DNA from: Pseudomonadota bacterium
GTDB lineage: Bacteria > Bdellovibrionota_B > Oligoflexia > Oligoflexales > CAIMVM01
Length of the DNA stretch: 38,273 bases
Reading direction: 5' to 3'
Assembly (NCBI GenBank): GCA_037142195.1
Contig: JBAXBA010000031.1
Span: forward strand, 1-38,273
Below the pieces are notes generated by a model. That model did not search any database. It had not been told where the DNA came from and was given only the letters and a program-made list of their open reading frames with translations. Both the position numbers and the translations under genes were made by a program. Shown here in pieces: positions 36,838 to 38,273 of this stretch (position 1 is its first letter; each line of letters opens with the position of its first letter).

Positions 36838-36889
36838 TTGGCAATATCTCGCCAATAATATACAATAATTGGCAGGAATTGGGCCAATT
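36838..36889 (+). promoter_or_regulatory. Sigma70 promoter (TTGGCA-N17-TACAAT) overlapped by two TTGGC-N8/9-GCCAA palindromes
   Basis: -35 at 36838-36843, -10 at 36861-36866; palindromes at 36838-36855 and 36867-36889. Confidence 0.7.
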
Positions 36890-36906
36890 CTTTTTATGAG
36901 GGTTCT

Positions 36907-38082
36907 ATGTATATCGCAAGAAGTATTAATATTATTAGCAATATAGCTGGCAAATCTGTCTTTTTGCTGGGCCCAAGACAAACTGGAAAGACTCAGCTGA
37001 TTCATCACCTTCTTGGGGAAGGTGTTGCGTTCTATAACCTGCTTGATAAGGAACTTTTTTTTAGATTGTCCCATGATTTGACCTTAATTAGAAAGCAAAT
37101 TGTAGCATCTCCGCCCGCCAAAGGGATTGTTGTCATCGATGAAATACAACGTTTGCCGGAACTCTTAGATGAGGTCCACCTCATGATAGAGTCCTTAGGC
37201 CTAAGGTTTCTTTTGACAGGTTCCAGTGCGCGCAGGCTCAAAGAAAAGGGCGTCAATCTCCTTGGCGGACGAGCCCGGCAACAAAGGCTTCATCCGCTAA
37301 CCTACCATGAGCTGGGAGATAATCTTTTTGACCTAAGGAAAGCCCTTAATCGAGGACTGCTTCCATCCATCTATTTTTCCGATGATCCCCGCTCAGATTT
37401 GGGGTCTTACATTGGTACATACTTGGAAAATGAAATTGCTAACGAAGCCGCCGTGCGCAACCTTCCTGCCTTCTCTCGATTTCTGACTACCGCAGCCCTA
37501 AGCAGTGGACAGATTATTAACTACAGTGCGATTGCTAGTGATGCCCAGGTAAATCGAAAGATTGTTGCCGAATACTTTCAAATCTTGTGGGATACACTTC
37601 TAGCTAGAGAACTTCCTGCTTGGAAAACATCAAAAAAACGTAAGCCTATTGAAACATCAAAAATCTATTTTTTCGATACAGGCATTAGTAGAACCATATT
37701 AGATCTACCTCCAGTTAAAGAGAAATCTAAAGAATTTGGAGAGTATTTTGAAGCTTATATTTTTCATGAGCTTCAAACCTATATTGACTATCATCGGACC
37801 GGAGCAAAGCTTCATTTTTGGCGAAGTGTGACCCATCATGAAGTAGATTTTATTCTTGATCAAGAAGTCGCTATTGAAGTTAAAGGAAAAACAGTTGTTA
37901 GCGAAAAAGATCTATCGGGTTTAAGAGCTTTAGCTGAAGAAAACCTATTGAATAAGTATTTAGTAGTGTCTCTAGAAGAAAAACCCCGCTTAATAGACGG
38001 GCTGTTTCTTGTATTGCCTTACAAAATGTTTTTGAAAGCCCTTTGGAATCATGAGTATCTGAGTCCAAGAGAAGACTTTTAG
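36907..38082 (+). CDS. AAA+ ATPase (AAA_14) with C-terminal DUF4143 domain
   Basis: GPRQTGKT, IDEIQR, LTGSSAR, LGGRA, KIYFFDTG, FWR...HEVDF, IEVK. Confidence 0.93.
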   Translation: MYIARSINIISNIAGKSVFLLGPRQTGKTQLIHHLLGEGVAFYNLLDKELFFRLSHDLTLIRKQIVASPPAKGIVVIDEIQRLPELLDEVHLMIESLGLRFLLTGSSARRLKEKGVNLLGGRARQQRLHPLTYHELGDNLFDLRKALNRGLLPSIYFSDDPRSDLGSYIGTYLENEIANEAAVRNLPAFSRFLTTAALSSGQIINYSAIASDAQVNRKIVAEYFQILWDTLLARELPAWKTSKKRKPIETSKIYFFDTGISRTILDLPPVKEKSKEFGEYFEAYIFHELQTYIDYHRTGAKLHFWRSVTHHEVDFILDQEVAIEVKGKTVVSEKDLSGLRALAEENLLNKYLVVSLEEKPRLIDGLFLVLPYKMFLKALWNHEYLSPREDF

Positions 38083-38273
38083 TTTTCAGCTTAGTGGTCC
38101 GAGACTTATCAGGCTATTGGAATCCGTGCTCCATTTGCCTCAGAAAACCGCAAATCTTGAGCAAGTAATTCTCAGCTAGTTTTTGCCAGACAATGATTAG
38201 CCACTATGCCCGTAAAAAGTGAGTAGGAAAATCAACCCTCTTTTTGATCTATTCCGCCTCACTCCGGCCCTGT

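Noticed and set aside
938..37256. Many 60-150 aa antisense or alternate-frame ORFs in the track (e.g. 23320-23709, 28287-28682, 32371-32814, 33442-33843)
   Set aside because: They lie within well-supported genes and lack motifs; treated as shadow ORFs

Overview
A 38.3-kb bacterial chromosomal segment, moderately AT-rich. Gene content (sigma54-type promoters ahead of lipoprotein genes, a hybrid kinase with an HDVRKPFS H-box, orphan lipoproteins) suggests a Bdellovibrionota/Oligoflexia-like Gram-negative host; this is inference only. In order, the window holds: a 9-bp tandem repeat at the edge; a HipT-like kinase gene with two lesions followed by an intact HipS-HTH fusion, behind a palindromic operator; a dipeptide epimerase and M20 dipeptidase; an LpxR-like gene and a UbiA/DprE1/DprE2-like arabinofuranose-donor operon with an APH/NahK-like kinase; a BrnT/BrnA-like TA pair; an unusual minus-strand cluster (acyltransferase, 47-aa SBP-like stub, MFS::SBP5 fusion, tandem methyltransferase, hybrid histidine kinase); an L,D-transpeptidase; an FAD oxidoreductase; a Fur-boxed feoA-feoB (frameshifted)-small Cys protein operon; two orphan lipoproteins; a PEP-utilising phosphotransferase with a membrane-anchored beta-propeller; a rhomboid; tRNA-Leu(CAA); a zrgABCD-like ABC system; a HAD hydrolase; a decayed ORF region; and an AAA_14/DUF4143 ATPase. 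No CRISPR array, rRNA, integrase or transposase was seen. The best candidate for an undescribed system is the 11.6-18.5 kb 'modify-export-bind-sense' cluster. All calls come from reading motifs by eye; no database searches were run.
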